Shown piece after piece: positions 36,652-45,158 of a stretch of 64,000 nucleotides of DNA. The notes beneath the pieces are model-generated. The model searched no databases, was not told the DNA's origin, and saw only the letters and a program-made list of their open reading frames with translations. Every line of letters begins with the position of its first letter. Within the stretch, counting starts at the first letter, position 1. The stretch lies in IMG/VR virus record IMGVR_UViG_3300031963_006119. One strand, 5' to 3'. This DNA comes from a virus (lineage: Duplodnaviria; Heunggongvirae; Uroviricota; Caudoviricetes). Made by a program: the position numbers and the translations under genes.

Positions 36652-37474
36652 TTATTGGAGTTGCTCAAAGTTTGCAGATTGGATTCGCGGCACCAAAAAG
36701 CTCGGCGCCGGCACAGCCGAAGAATGGGATGAGTGGACTACTCAAGCACAAATGAAACACAACTTTCGCTACTGGTTAGCCGAAGAAGCACTTGGACACA
36801 TCCAAGACTTTGTCACATGGCCTGAAAGGAAATTAAATGACATTAGATATTATATTAATAATCGTTGGGTCAGTCGCAGCCATAGCCTTACTGCTCATGC
36901 TCGCGATATTAAGCCTGGGGATTGGTGCGATGTGGGCAATCGGTTTCTTCCTTGCCTTTTTAACGAGCTGGTGGATTTTGTTGAGATAGAGCAAGCCTGG
37001 CATCACTGCATATGGAGTGACGAAGCTAAAACTAAATTTGAAACTCCTTGGTGGCGCAAGGGATGGCTGCGTTGGAGAACTTGGCGTTGTCCAGAAGCTG
37101 GTATGGAATACTTAAAATGGGCATCAACTCTAACTAACGAAGAATGGTTAGACGAAGGTGAAAAGCACAAAGCAGAGCCTACATACCAAGCTACGGCTGC
37201 TAAAGAAATTATCGAACTTTACACCTGGTGGACTGTTACCTATCGCACTCGTCCAGACCCATACGAAGCAAGTGGCTGGAGTGCTCACTGTGATGCTATG
37301 CGTGTAAAGTACCCTGGTAGCATGTTCTCAAGTCTTAATTCAAAAGACCCAGAAGATCGCAAGGCCAGCGACAAAGCACACAAGTTACTTACTAAGATCG
37401 AAAAGGCTTATGAAAAGGAAGACGAAGCTATGATGATTCGTCTAATTAAAATCCGTCAATCACTTTGGACATGA
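36635..37474 (+). CDS. hypothetical Trp-rich protein
   Basis: 279 aa. Confidence 0.45.
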   Translation: MAQHGNYWSCSKFADWIRGTKKLGAGTAEEWDEWTTQAQMKHNFRYWLAEEALGHIQDFVTWPERKLNDIRYYINNRWVSRSHSLTAHARDIKPGDWCDVGNRFLPCLFNELVDFVEIEQAWHHCIWSDEAKTKFETPWWRKGWLRWRTWRCPEAGMEYLKWASTLTNEEWLDEGEKHKAEPTYQATAAKEIIELYTWWTVTYRTRPDPYEASGWSAHCDAMRVKYPGSMFSSLNSKDPEDRKASDKAHKLLTKIEKAYEKEDEAMMIRLIKIRQSLWT

Positions 37475-38229
37475 ATATGACATCAGTAACACAGCTTGGA
37501 CAGATACTAGCACAAATTAAACCAGCGCAATACACCTGGTTAGATGATTTTGAAGTTAAGACTGAAGATCAAGAAAAGACGTTTGATGCACCATTCGATG
37601 TGTTAGCCTCTATTATTTCTGCTATTGACGCAGACGCACCACTTTGGGAAATTGGAGAAGCTTGGAAATCTCTTAAGTATTCGAAAGGATTCGATGGCCT
37701 AAAGGTAACTGCTCCTAACGATTTTCAAATTCAGCGAGCAAATCAGATTCGCAAGTATTACAGGAATAAACTTACTATTCTAGCATTGAAGTCGCAGAGT
37801 ATGAGTAACTTTAGAGTAGATCTGCAAGAGCTGTTAAGCATGGATCCAACAAAATTAAAATTAAAGTTTTTGCCTATGATGATTCGCTTGCCTTCTTTTT
37901 ATAAAGAAGATACTATAATAGATAATCTAAAGAAAACTACAGTAGTGCCCATGCATAATCGTGCTCGACCCGAAAAGGAATCTAGGACATTGACATTTGT
38001 AGATAAGATTCATCGCAAAACTAAAAATCAAGATCTAAATTGGTACTGGTTTGTAAATGAACAAAATGTACTGCATCGTTTGAGCGTAGACGGCAAAAAC
38101 AAACTAAGTCATATTCTTGAAAAGTTTCTAGATAAACCTGTAACCATTGAGGCAAATTATCCTGTTCAGACTGTGCGAGGAACTGATCTTAGTTTCTTCA
38201 GTGTTGAAGGTGACTGGAAATTGTTATGA
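37465..38229 (+). CDS. hypothetical protein
   Basis: 254 aa. Confidence 0.45.
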   Translation: MDMNMTSVTQLGQILAQIKPAQYTWLDDFEVKTEDQEKTFDAPFDVLASIISAIDADAPLWEIGEAWKSLKYSKGFDGLKVTAPNDFQIQRANQIRKYYRNKLTILALKSQSMSNFRVDLQELLSMDPTKLKLKFLPMMIRLPSFYKEDTIIDNLKKTTVVPMHNRARPEKESRTLTFVDKIHRKTKNQDLNWYWFVNEQNVLHRLSVDGKNKLSHILEKFLDKPVTIEANYPVQTVRGTDLSFFSVEGDWKLL

Positions 38230-38447
38230 ATCGAGATGTAAGAACTCTAGTAGATCTTGCTATGGAAGTTGAAATGGAAGATCCTATTGACTGGGGCATG
38301 TTAGCTATTAGTGAACATGATGCTTATGAACTTATGGCTTCCCATGTACTTGAGATGAATAATGATAACTTGACAAACAAGGCTATTATTGTTAAACTAC
38401 TAGTAGAGAATTTTGTACTAAATCTCAAACTAATGGAATTAAGATAA
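38226..38447 (+). CDS. hypothetical small protein
   Basis: 73 aa. Confidence 0.35.
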   Translation: MNRDVRTLVDLAMEVEMEDPIDWGMLAISEHDAYELMASHVLEMNNDNLTNKAIIVKLLVENFVLNLKLMELR

Positions 38448-38689
38448 TGACAGTTAAAAAAACATACGCAGATACTGTTGATCTGCACTGCACGGATAAA
38501 AATGAAATAGTGCCAGCTGAAATCCTAGAATTTCGCCCAGGCATGCTTATTAGTGTAAGTATACAAAGAAAAATTAAAATGATACTTAAATTTAATCATC
38601 GAGGCAATAACTATGTTGGCTCGATGGCAGGTCTTGAGTTTACTACTGCTGGCCCAAAAGAAACTATTACTTACGAAGGAAGAAGATAA
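38447..38689 (+). CDS. hypothetical small protein
   Basis: 80 aa. Confidence 0.35.
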   Translation: MTVKKTYADTVDLHCTDKNEIVPAEILEFRPGMLISVSIQRKIKMILKFNHRGNNYVGSMAGLEFTTAGPKETITYEGRR

Positions 38690-39306
38690 TGCCACTAATC
38701 CCAATGGTTGTTGAACAAGAGACTCGCGGCGAGCGTTCATATGATATTTACAGCCGCTTGCTCAAAGATCGAATTGTTATGCTCAACGGCCCTGTAGAAG
38801 ATAATATGGCTAATGTAATTGTAGCACAGTTATTATTTTTAGAAGCAGAGAATCCAGACAAAGACATTAACCTATATATTAATTCGCCTGGCGGTGCAGT
38901 TACCGCAGGACTAGCTATCTACGACACAATGCAGTACATCAAATGTGATATTCGTACTATTGTCATGGGTCAGGCATGTTCAATGGGCTCGTTCCTAGCA
39001 CAAGCAGGCACGGCAGGTAAGCGAGTAGTACTGCCTGAAAGCCGTACTATGATACATCGAGTTAGTTCAGGTACTCCTGGAACACGTGGTTCAGTTCATG
39101 TACAAGAACTTCAATTTGAAGATGCTATTCGTTCAATGGAAGAAAGTAAAAAACTCAACAAGCGATTAACCGAGCTGTATGTCAAACACAACACCAAAGG
39201 CAAACAATACGATGAGCTTTTTGAAACAATGAAATTTGATACTTTCTTAAATGCACAAGAAGCGGTTGATTACGGTTTAGCAGATAAAGTTGTAGAGAAA
39301 CGATAA
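38689..39306 (+). CDS. clpP: ATP-dependent Clp protease proteolytic subunit ClpP
   Basis: [54 protein letters not shown], catalytic Ser in GQACSMGS, His in MIHRV; near-collinear with bacterial ClpP. Confidence 0.85.
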   Translation: MPLIPMVVEQETRGERSYDIYSRLLKDRIVMLNGPVEDNMANVIVAQLLFLEAENPDKDINLYINSPGGAVTAGLAIYDTMQYIKCDIRTIVMGQACSMGSFLAQAGTAGKRVVLPESRTMIHRVSSGTPGTRGSVHVQELQFEDAIRSMEESKKLNKRLTELYVKHNTKGKQYDELFETMKFDTFLNAQEAVDYGLADKVVEKR

Positions 39307-39309
39307 TGA

Positions 39310-39687
39310 GTGACGGAGGAAAAGGCAGTGCAAGAAGAAAAGGCGCAGATGATGCAAAATACAGCAGTGGATGGGACCGAATCTACGGTACAAGATACAA
39401 TGGCGGCACTAAAAGGGATCCCAACAGAGGAAGCCCTGACCCAGATGCTCAAAGAACAGATCCTAAGAGTGACGTTCCTCAAACTAGACGGTGATCAAAG
39501 AATTATGACCTGTACAAAAAGTTTGAATTATATTCCAGAAAAGTCACGTCCATCCAACAGTTCAAAGCCAAGCAAGCCTGGCACAATCAATGTTTGGGAC
39601 ATAGACGCTGACAACTGGCGTAGTTTTCGATATGATCGAGTTCAAGCAGTTGAACTTAACATTTCAAACATACAAGAGGTTGGTTGA
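39310..39687 (+). CDS. hypothetical protein
   Basis: 125 aa. Confidence 0.4.
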   Translation: MTEEKAVQEEKAQMMQNTAVDGTESTVQDTMAALKGIPTEEALTQMLKEQILRVTFLKLDGDQRIMTCTKSLNYIPEKSRPSNSSKPSKPGTINVWDIDADNWRSFRYDRVQAVELNISNIQEVG

Positions 39688-39883
39688 CAAATCTCCGTTT
39701 TGAGCCTATTATAAGGTAGTTTTTTAGAACTGGGATAAATAAAATATATGAAAAAGGAAATGCTTTCAATGCTATTCGTAACACTATCCCCCGTAGCGTC
39801 AACAACACTTGGATCAGAGAATCCAGGCAGTGACGCCACCATGACTAGGGTTATGAAGTTGTAAGTAAGCACTAACAAACTTT

Positions 39884-39916
39884 AAAAACCCTGGACTAAA
39901 CACCCAGGGTTTTTTG
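39884..39916 (+). terminator. rho-independent terminator before tRNA island
   Basis: CCCTGG-ACTAAACAC-CCAGGG + TTTTTT. Confidence 0.65.
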
Positions 39917-39941
39917 TTGCGTAAAAACAACAAAAAAACAG

Positions 39942-39970
39942 TTGACAGGCAAGCAATAAGGCAATACAAT
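39942..39970 (+). promoter_or_regulatory. sigma70-like promoter TTGACA-17-TACAAT
   Basis: TTGACA 39942-39947, TACAAT 39965-39970. Confidence 0.5.
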
Positions 39971-40034
39971 AGACACTTACTTAAACAACAAAGCGGCTGC
40001 AGAGTTGTTCAAGTAAAAAGATTTTAAAAAGTAG

Positions 40035-40063
40035 TTGACACAGAACTTTTTCGGTGTTATACT
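40035..40063 (+). promoter_or_regulatory. sigma70-like promoter TTGACA-17-TATACT ahead of first tRNA
   Basis: TTGACA 40035-40040, TATACT 40058-40063. Confidence 0.5.
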
Positions 40064-40170
40064 ACGTAAACTGTAACAAGTTTACAAACGTTCTTTAAAA
40101 AGTTGAATACGGAAACAGATTAATCTGTTTTCATCTGTGTACAAAAGTGTACAGTTGAAAGCAGATTTAT

Positions 40171-40243
40171 TCCTCAGTAGCACAGCGGTAGTTGCACTTG
40201 ACTGTTAATCAAGGTGTCCGTGGTTCGATCCCACGCTGAGGAG
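40171..40243 (+). tRNA. tRNA-Asn (GTT)
   Basis: Manual cloverleaf: acceptor TCCTCAG/CTGAGGA, anticodon loop CTGTTAA, T-loop GGTTCGATCC, CCA encoded. Confidence 0.75.
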
Positions 40244-40251
40244 CCAATTTA

Positions 40252-40338
40252 GGAGCGTGGGCCGGATGGTAAGGCAGCGGTTTGCTAAACCGTAGATCAC
40301 GTAAAAAGGGTCACAGGGTTCGACTCCCTGACGCTCCG
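40252..40338 (+). tRNA. tRNA-Ser (GCT), long variable arm
   Basis: Acceptor GGAGCGT/ACGCTCC, anticodon loop TTGCTAA, 87 nt with extra arm, CCA encoded. Confidence 0.7.
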
Positions 40339-40349
40339 CCAAATTAAAT

Positions 40350-40421
40350 GCACGATTCGTCTATCGGTTAGGACGCTGCCCTTTCAAGGCGGAAAGACGA
40401 GTTCGATTCTCGTATCGTGTA
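40350..40421 (+). tRNA. tRNA-Glu (TTC)
   Basis: Acceptor GCACGAT/ATCGTGT, anticodon loop CTTTCAA, T-loop TTCGATT. Confidence 0.7.
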
Positions 40422-40680
40422 CCAAGTTTTTTAGTAAGTTGTTTAAGGTTACCTAGTCCGCTAGGGGTGAACGAAAAGGTGATTGCGTAGCAGAAATGCT
40501 CGGCCTTGATACCCATGAAGCAGGAGGGTTCTAGAGTATGACGAGACACCATCGAGTCAAAGGGCAAGAACTATTCCAAACTCCAGGAAGGCGGCGGAAC
40601 TACTAGGCCTGTAATGAGGTCTTGACGCAAGTTGGTGATGCGTGTCAAGAACTTCCTCAAACAATTTATTAAAGATTTTG

Positions 40681-40754
40681 CACCGTTAGCTCAGTTGGTT
40701 AGATCGCTTGCCTGTCACGCAAGAGGCCAGGGGTTCGAGTCCCCTACGGTGCGC
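40681..40754 (+). tRNA. tRNA-Asp (GTC)
   Basis: GCACCGTTAGCTCAGTTGGTTAGA..., anticodon loop CTGTCAC, GGTTCGAGTCC, CCA. Confidence 0.8.
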
Positions 40755-40809
40755 CATATTAGTTGACTTTGATTGTAAAGAGTGTACAATTAAAATATAG
40801 AAAGTTTTT

Positions 40810-40880
40810 GCCCTTATAGTTAAATGGTATAACGACGGTTTTGTAATCCGTAGTTTGCAGTTCGATTCTGTGTAGGGGCA
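40810..40880 (+). tRNA. tRNA-Thr (TGT)
   Basis: Acceptor GCCCTTA/TAGGGGC, anticodon loop TTTGTAA, CCA. Confidence 0.7.
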
Positions 40881-40897
40881 CCAAAGTGTTAGTTTTT

Positions 40898-40978
40898 GCC
40901 CCGGTGGTGTAATGGTAGCCACGCTGGTCTTAGAAGCCAGTGCCGCAAGGCGTGTCGGTTCGAGTCCGACCTGGGGCA
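40898..40978 (+). tRNA. tRNA-Leu (TAG), long variable arm
   Basis: Acceptor GCCCCGG/CTGGGGC, anticodon loop CTTAGAA, variable arm TGCCGCAAGGCGTGT, CCA. Confidence 0.75.
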
Positions 40979-40991
40979 CCAATGTTAGTAA

Positions 40992-41062
40992 GCGGGATTA
41001 GTTTAATGGTAAAACAGCAGATTTCCAATCTTCGGTCATCAGTTCGATTCTGATATCCCGCT
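40992..41062 (+). tRNA. tRNA-Gly (TCC)
   Basis: Acceptor GCGGGAT/ATCCCGC, anticodon loop TTTCCAA, CCA. Confidence 0.7.
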
Positions 41063-41081
41063 CCAATTTTAAAAGGTAGAT

Positions 41082-41306
41082 ATGAAAGCAAAAACTTTAA
41101 GTCGTGGTCCAACTATTGATACTAATAAATGTGTTGAAAATGTTGGTGGTAGATTTGATCTAGTATTAATTGCTTCAGTTAGAGCTAGAGAAATAGCAAG
41201 GAAACACAGGAACGACGAAATGTCTACCCAAGTTAATGCGCCAGTTTCTGCACTGCTTGAAATTCAAGAAGGCAAAATTGGTAGAGAGTATCTAAGAAAA
41301 GTATAA
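41082..41306 (+). CDS. rpoZ: DNA-directed RNA polymerase omega subunit homolog
   Basis: RBS AAAAGG. VENVGGRFDLVLIASVRAREIARK matches the RpoZ signature (GNRFDLVLVAARRARQ). 74 aa. Embedded between tRNA genes. Confidence 0.6.
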   Translation: MKAKTLSRGPTIDTNKCVENVGGRFDLVLIASVRAREIARKHRNDEMSTQVNAPVSALLEIQEGKIGREYLRKV

Positions 41307-41327
41307 TCGGAGTGTGGCGCAGTCTGG

Positions 41328-41402
41328 CTAGCGCACCTGGTTTGGGACCAGGGGGTCCAAGGTTCGAATCCTTGTACTCCGACCATTTTTTGGGCTGTTA
41401 GT
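41328..41402 (+). tRNA. tRNA-Pro (TGG)
   Basis: C1-G72 start CGGAGTG as in bacterial tRNA-Pro, anticodon loop TTTGGGA, CCA. Confidence 0.75.
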
Positions 41403-41411
41403 GATAATGGG

Positions 41412-41483
41412 AGCACGGGGCCTTTGCAAGGCTTAGGTCGGGGTTCGATCCCCCGACGGTCCACCAAATATGCGGGTATGATG
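41412..41483 (+). tRNA. tRNA-Ala (TGC)
   Basis: Acceptor with G3:U70 wobble (Ala identity), anticodon loop TTTGCAA, T-arm CGGGGTTCGATCCCCCG, CCA. Confidence 0.7.
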
Positions 41484-41491
41484 TAATGGTA

Positions 41492-41562
41492 ACCTGAAAC
41501 CTTGCCAAGGTTTATTCGCGAGTTCGATTCTCGCTACCCGCTCCAAATGTTTTAGAAATATT
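41492..41562 (+). tRNA. tRNA-Gly (GCC)
   Basis: Acceptor GCGGGTA/TACCCGC, anticodon loop TTGCCAA, CCA. Confidence 0.75.
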
Positions 41563-41594
41563 TTTAAAAAGATGTTGACAAGACAGTAAAAATT

Positions 41595-41623
41595 TGCTAA
41601 AATAGACACATGTTAAGAATTTA
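41595..41623 (+). promoter_or_regulatory. consensus sigma70 promoter TTGACA-17-TAAAAT driving ORF-free region
   Basis: TTGACA 41595-41600, TAAAAT 41618-41623. Confidence 0.5.
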
Positions 41624-41629
41624 AGGGTG

Positions 41630-42830
41630 GTTTATCATCCTGTAGGCGGCTTGCCGTTTACAAAGAATAAGTGTGGCGACACACCCAAAGCTAGAATGCC
41701 TACATACTAGCGCCAGCAATGGTTCACGTAAACAAGCCTGCTCACTACCGCGAGGTAGCGTTCACTCATAAGACCGGTGGATGTAACAGCAAAGCTGATG
41801 TATGGGAAAGAACATTGTTCGACGTGCCGCAAGGAACACGGGGCAGTGAAAAGTAACAGGTGGTGCTGACTTCCATATAAAACCAATCAGTTAGTTGGTA
41901 TGAGAAAGGGTAGTGTACTTGTTCGAGGGGTCGCACCTAAGAGCTCGTATACAATGTAAATGGTTAGTGGGCTGTAGTAATACAGTACACCGATCGTGAA
42001 ACATCACTGAGTAGCTCGCGAGGCAAAAGGTATGTGGTGAGTTGTATTTTGTATTCCAAAAGAGTATGAAGCAACTGAGGCAGCTCATCGCGGTAGGTTA
42101 ATGTAGATCAATGGTAGATCATCTTCCTGTTAAGAAGAATGCTGTCGGTTCAAATCCGATCATTTAAACAAAAATGCAAAGACTGCCTCGGTCGTATGTG
42201 AAAAGTATCTAATACTTGAGTGGTAACACAATCAAGTCTAATGAAGCTCGCAAGGTAACATTAGTTTATACTGGAAGTTTCGTAGGGTGTTAGCGCACTC
42301 GAATAGCTCGCAAGGTTAACGGAATAGATGGTGTAGAATAGCATATGGCGTCAAGTCTACTGCCTGACTTAAAACGGCGATACTGTAAGCAGACTAGGTT
42401 ACATAGTGATATGGACTTAGTGGATGTCTAGAGAACGTATACTCGCAAGGTGTACGGTAATGCTAGAGGTGCTTATGGTTAAGATGTAATCTCAGTCTTA
42501 ACACTATTCTAAAACACATTACCACAAACAGCAATTAGAGCTGGTTGTATAACAATGTCGTAGTGTGTTTCAGAATAGCAGAAATGTTATGCACATGACA
42601 ATTCGTTGTCAGCAAGAGAATGTCACGCTATAAAGGTTTCTTCGAAGGACTGATATAGTAGAAGGGGACGGGTTCAACTCCCGGCTGATCGGAAGATCGG
42701 CGCAGATTGGTTGCTAACTGGACTAGTATCCCAAGTGACGTACCGAGTCCCGCTCGAGCTTGTTAATTCGGGTGAATGGTGCTTATAACGATGGAAGTAC
42801 TAATGAGTTGTCAGCTGTATAATATTTTGA
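41630..42830 (+). ncRNA. promoter-driven ORF-free structured region (candidate large ncRNA) with repeated CTCGCAAGG motifs, degenerate tRNA-like segment and tmRNA-like T-arm
   Basis: No + strand ORF in 1.2 kb of a gene-dense genome. Motif [A/G]CTCGC[A/G]AGG at 42013, 42245, 42305, 42441. tRNA-like 42097-42167. GGGGACGGGTTCAACTCCCGGCTGATCGG at 42664-42692. Confidence 0.35.
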
Positions 42831-42906
42831 AGCGGAGTAGAGGAGTCCAGTCGTCCTCGCTAGTCTCATAAGCTAGAGATCGCAGGTGCGAATCCTGCCT
42901 CCGCAA
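42831..42906 (+). tRNA. tRNA with CAT anticodon (Met or lysidine-Ile2), A1/A72 mismatch
   Basis: Anticodon stem-loop CTAGT-CTCATAA-GCTAG, T-arm GCAGGTGCGAATCCTGC, CCA; long D-loop. Confidence 0.6.
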
Positions 42907-42923
42907 CCAGTTTTATTTTCAAA

Positions 42924-43010
42924 GGAAGCGTGGCAGAGCCCGGCTTATTGCGTTAGTCTTGAAAACTAAAGACTCGAAAGGGTCCGTGAGTTCGAATCTC
43001 ACCGCTTCCG
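42924..43010 (+). tRNA. tRNA-Ser (TGA), long variable arm
   Basis: Acceptor GGAAGCG/CGCTTCC, anticodon loop CTTGAAA, 87 nt, CCA. Confidence 0.7.
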
Positions 43011-43028
43011 CCAGACATTAAAAAATAC

Positions 43029-43057
43029 TTGACAAGTAGACACAAATCATATACAAT
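43029..43057 (+). promoter_or_regulatory. sigma70-like promoter TTGACA-17-TACAAT
   Basis: TTGACA 43029-43034, TACAAT 43052-43057, RBS AAAAGGA before ATG 43084. Confidence 0.5.
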
Positions 43058-43083
43058 TAACACATAGAGAAAAGGACACAAAC

Positions 43084-43656
43084 ATGGAACTTACACTTCG
43101 TAAAGCAAGCGCACTTCAGAACAGCATCAACGATACTGTTAAAAGTATCACGTTGACACAAACAATTCGCATCAACGAGTTCCAAGAGGCTGAAGCTGAA
43201 ATATCTAAGGCTGCTCAGGAATTTAACAGCAATGTGTTTCGTCGTGTAGCACTGACAGATGTGCTGTACGAAATTCGCAAGGCAGTGAGCCGTGCAAATG
43301 CACAAGCAGGTGTCAATGAAAAGTTGGCAGACTTGGCTCAGCTTGAGAAAGATATCCAATTCTTTTCAGGTCTAACAGCTCATGACGTTCGTGAGTCTGC
43401 TCAAGTCATTGAGGGCAAGTTGAATAAAATTCGGAACCGCAAAGAAGACACTCGTGCAAGTTTGTACGGCCACAGTGATGAAGTTAGTACTTCTGTATTG
43501 ACTCGCAAAGATGTAGATACATTCCGTGCAAAAGTAGCAGAAGCCAAAAAGGCCAAGCAGAAATTGCAGGACGAGCTCTTAGAGCTTAATGTTCGTACAA
43601 CTATTGCCCTAAGTGGTAAGGCTGTGGACATTCTTAAGCACGAAGAATTGATCTAA
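43084..43656 (+). CDS. hypothetical coiled-coil protein
   Basis: 190 aa, good RBS, Lys/Glu/Ala-rich helical. Confidence 0.5.
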   Translation: MELTLRKASALQNSINDTVKSITLTQTIRINEFQEAEAEISKAAQEFNSNVFRRVALTDVLYEIRKAVSRANAQAGVNEKLADLAQLEKDIQFFSGLTAHDVRESAQVIEGKLNKIRNRKEDTRASLYGHSDEVSTSVLTRKDVDTFRAKVAEAKKAKQKLQDELLELNVRTTIALSGKAVDILKHEELI

Positions 43657-44165
43657 GGAAAACCCGGGCTCCCTTGCCCGTTATACACAGGGGGTGGGGC
43701 AGTCACCATAAAGAGTGCTAGGCGTGTAGTGCATTGGCCTTCCGATCCCGTGTAGGGAATCCGGGGACGCATTAGGTGAGGTTTAGCACCTTTCCAAAAG
43801 AATAAATGTTATGGACAGAGTAACCGCTCAGTCTAGGGCTCATGTGGTGTGAGTAGCTAGACACTTTATAAATGCTCTTTGAAGTTTAACTACACTTGAG
43901 AACACCAGTAGGTACTAAGTCGACTAACTGCTGAACGTGCAAGGAAGATACGGAGTTAAACAGTTTGGTTCGATTCCAACAGAGAGCACCTATAAGGTTT
44001 TGGTAGTATGCTGGTAACAGTAAACTACCCGGAAGAAGGCGAGAGATGAGGATGAACACCGTTATCGCTTCATGCGATGACTCCAATACTGGCAATCAGT
44101 CTTGAAAACTGATCGTGTTTGTATGCCCCGAATCTATCGAACTTGTGATTTGCTGTTCGGAAATA
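43645..44165 (+). ncRNA. rnpB: RNase P RNA-like (rnpB-like) element
   Basis: GC-rich, ORF-free island. GGAAAACCCGGGCTCCC (43657), CCAACAGAGAGCACC (43976), GCTGGTAACAGTAAACTACCCGGAAGAAGGC (44010) and GCCCCGAATCTATCGAAC (44125), in the same order as M1 RNA motifs AGGAAAGUCCGGGCUCC / CAACAGAGAGCA / GCUGGUAACAG..GGUAAACUCCACCCGGAGCAAGG / ACAGAACCCGGCUUAUCGG. Confidence 0.5.
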
Positions 44166-44302
44166 CGCAAGCCACTGTGCTTTGCATATTGTAATTTGCT
44201 TAGGGCCTAGAGTAACCTCAGCCCGTTTGCACCTTGCACAGTTCATTACTTACTTGCTAACTTTCGTTTTTTTATAAGTAATCTTACAAAGGAGACAAAC
44301 TT

Positions 44303-44977
44303 ATGTATGCAACAGGTGTTTTTCGTTCTGCATCGCAGATTAATAGTGCAATGGGCCGTGTTTACGGACATATGGCACTGGCAGTTATCACATCAATGAT
44401 TGTAAGTTATCTTGTAGGATCAAATACAACGCTGATGGAATTTTTCTTTACAGGCGCAATGAAATGGCTTGTAATCTTTGCGCCGCTTGTAGCCATTCTT
44501 GGCGTTAGCTTTGCAATGGACAAAATGAGTAAGAGTGCGTTACAGCTATTTTTACATGGATTTGCCGCATTAATGGGTCTAAGTTTTGCTACAATCTTTG
44601 TAGTATATAACATGGGAAGCATTGTAAGCGCATTCATGGGAGCTGCCGTTCTATTTGCTACAATGAGTGGCTATGGCTACTTCACTAAACGTAATTTGGA
44701 CGGAGTTGGCCAATTTATGTTCATTGGGTTGATTGCGATTGTTATTGCAAGTATAATCAATATTTTTATTGGTAGTACAGTTTTTCAAATGGTCATTAGT
44801 GCTATCGGAATTATTGTGTTCTTAGGCTTAACAGCATACGACACACAAAAGATTCGTGAGATGGTTAGTTACGACAATGATGGTAAGGCAGAAATTGCAG
44901 GCGCTCTTAGCTTGTACTTAGACTTTATCAACTTGTTCTTAATGTTACTACAACTATTTGGTGGTCGTAAGGACTAA
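44303..44977 (+). CDS. Bax inhibitor-1/YccA family membrane protein
   Basis: RBS AAAGGAGA; 7 predicted TM helices; 224 aa; BI-1/YccA-like N-terminal cytoplasmic segment and terminal basic motif (GGRKD). Confidence 0.6.
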   Translation: MYATGVFRSASQINSAMGRVYGHMALAVITSMIVSYLVGSNTTLMEFFFTGAMKWLVIFAPLVAILGVSFAMDKMSKSALQLFLHGFAALMGLSFATIFVVYNMGSIVSAFMGAAVLFATMSGYGYFTKRNLDGVGQFMFIGLIAIVIASIINIFIGSTVFQMVISAIGIIVFLGLTAYDTQKIREMVSYDNDGKAEIAGALSLYLDFINLFLMLLQLFGGRKD

Positions 44978-44984
44978 AGAATTT

Positions 44985-45056
44985 GCCTGGTTAGCTCAGG
45001 GGTAGAGCAACGCCTTTACACGGCGAAGGTCCGCGGTTCGAAACCGTGACCAGGTA
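44985..45056 (+). tRNA. tRNA-Val (TAC)
   Basis: GCCTGGTTAGCTCAGGGGTAGAGC..., anticodon loop TTTACAC, T-arm CGCGGTTCGAAACCGTG, CCA. Confidence 0.7.
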
Positions 45057-45129
45057 CCAGAAATGTTTCCGTATTCAAGAGTGTGGCAAAAATACAACAA
45101 TATTTTTGTCACTTTTTAAAGAAAATCTC

Positions 45130-45158
45130 TTGACAGAGATAAATAAATACAGTATACT
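45130..45158 (+). promoter_or_regulatory. sigma70-like promoter TTGACA-17-TATACT of short transcription unit
   Basis: TTGACA 45130-45135, TATACT 45153-45158. Confidence 0.45.

Noticed and set aside
42097-42167. Additional tRNA-Asn(GTT)-like gene
   Set aside because: The D-, anticodon- and T-arms fold, but the acceptor stem has only about 5/7 pairs and there is no CCA. It is more likely a degenerate tRNA-like element within the larger ncRNA region.
41630-42830. Complete tmRNA gene or group I intron
   Set aside because: A tmRNA-like T-arm is present, but no matching 5' acceptor strand or ANDxxYALAA-type tag frame could be found by eye, and there are no clear P/Q/R/S intron cores. It is reported only as a candidate structured ncRNA.
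43084-43656. Possibility that ORF 43084-43656 is spurious and the RNase P-like RNA starts earlier
   Set aside because: The ORF has its own TTGACA-17-TACAAT promoter, a good RBS and a coherent coiled-coil sequence, so it is kept as a CDS. The 5' boundary (P1-P3) of the RNase P-like element therefore remains unresolved.
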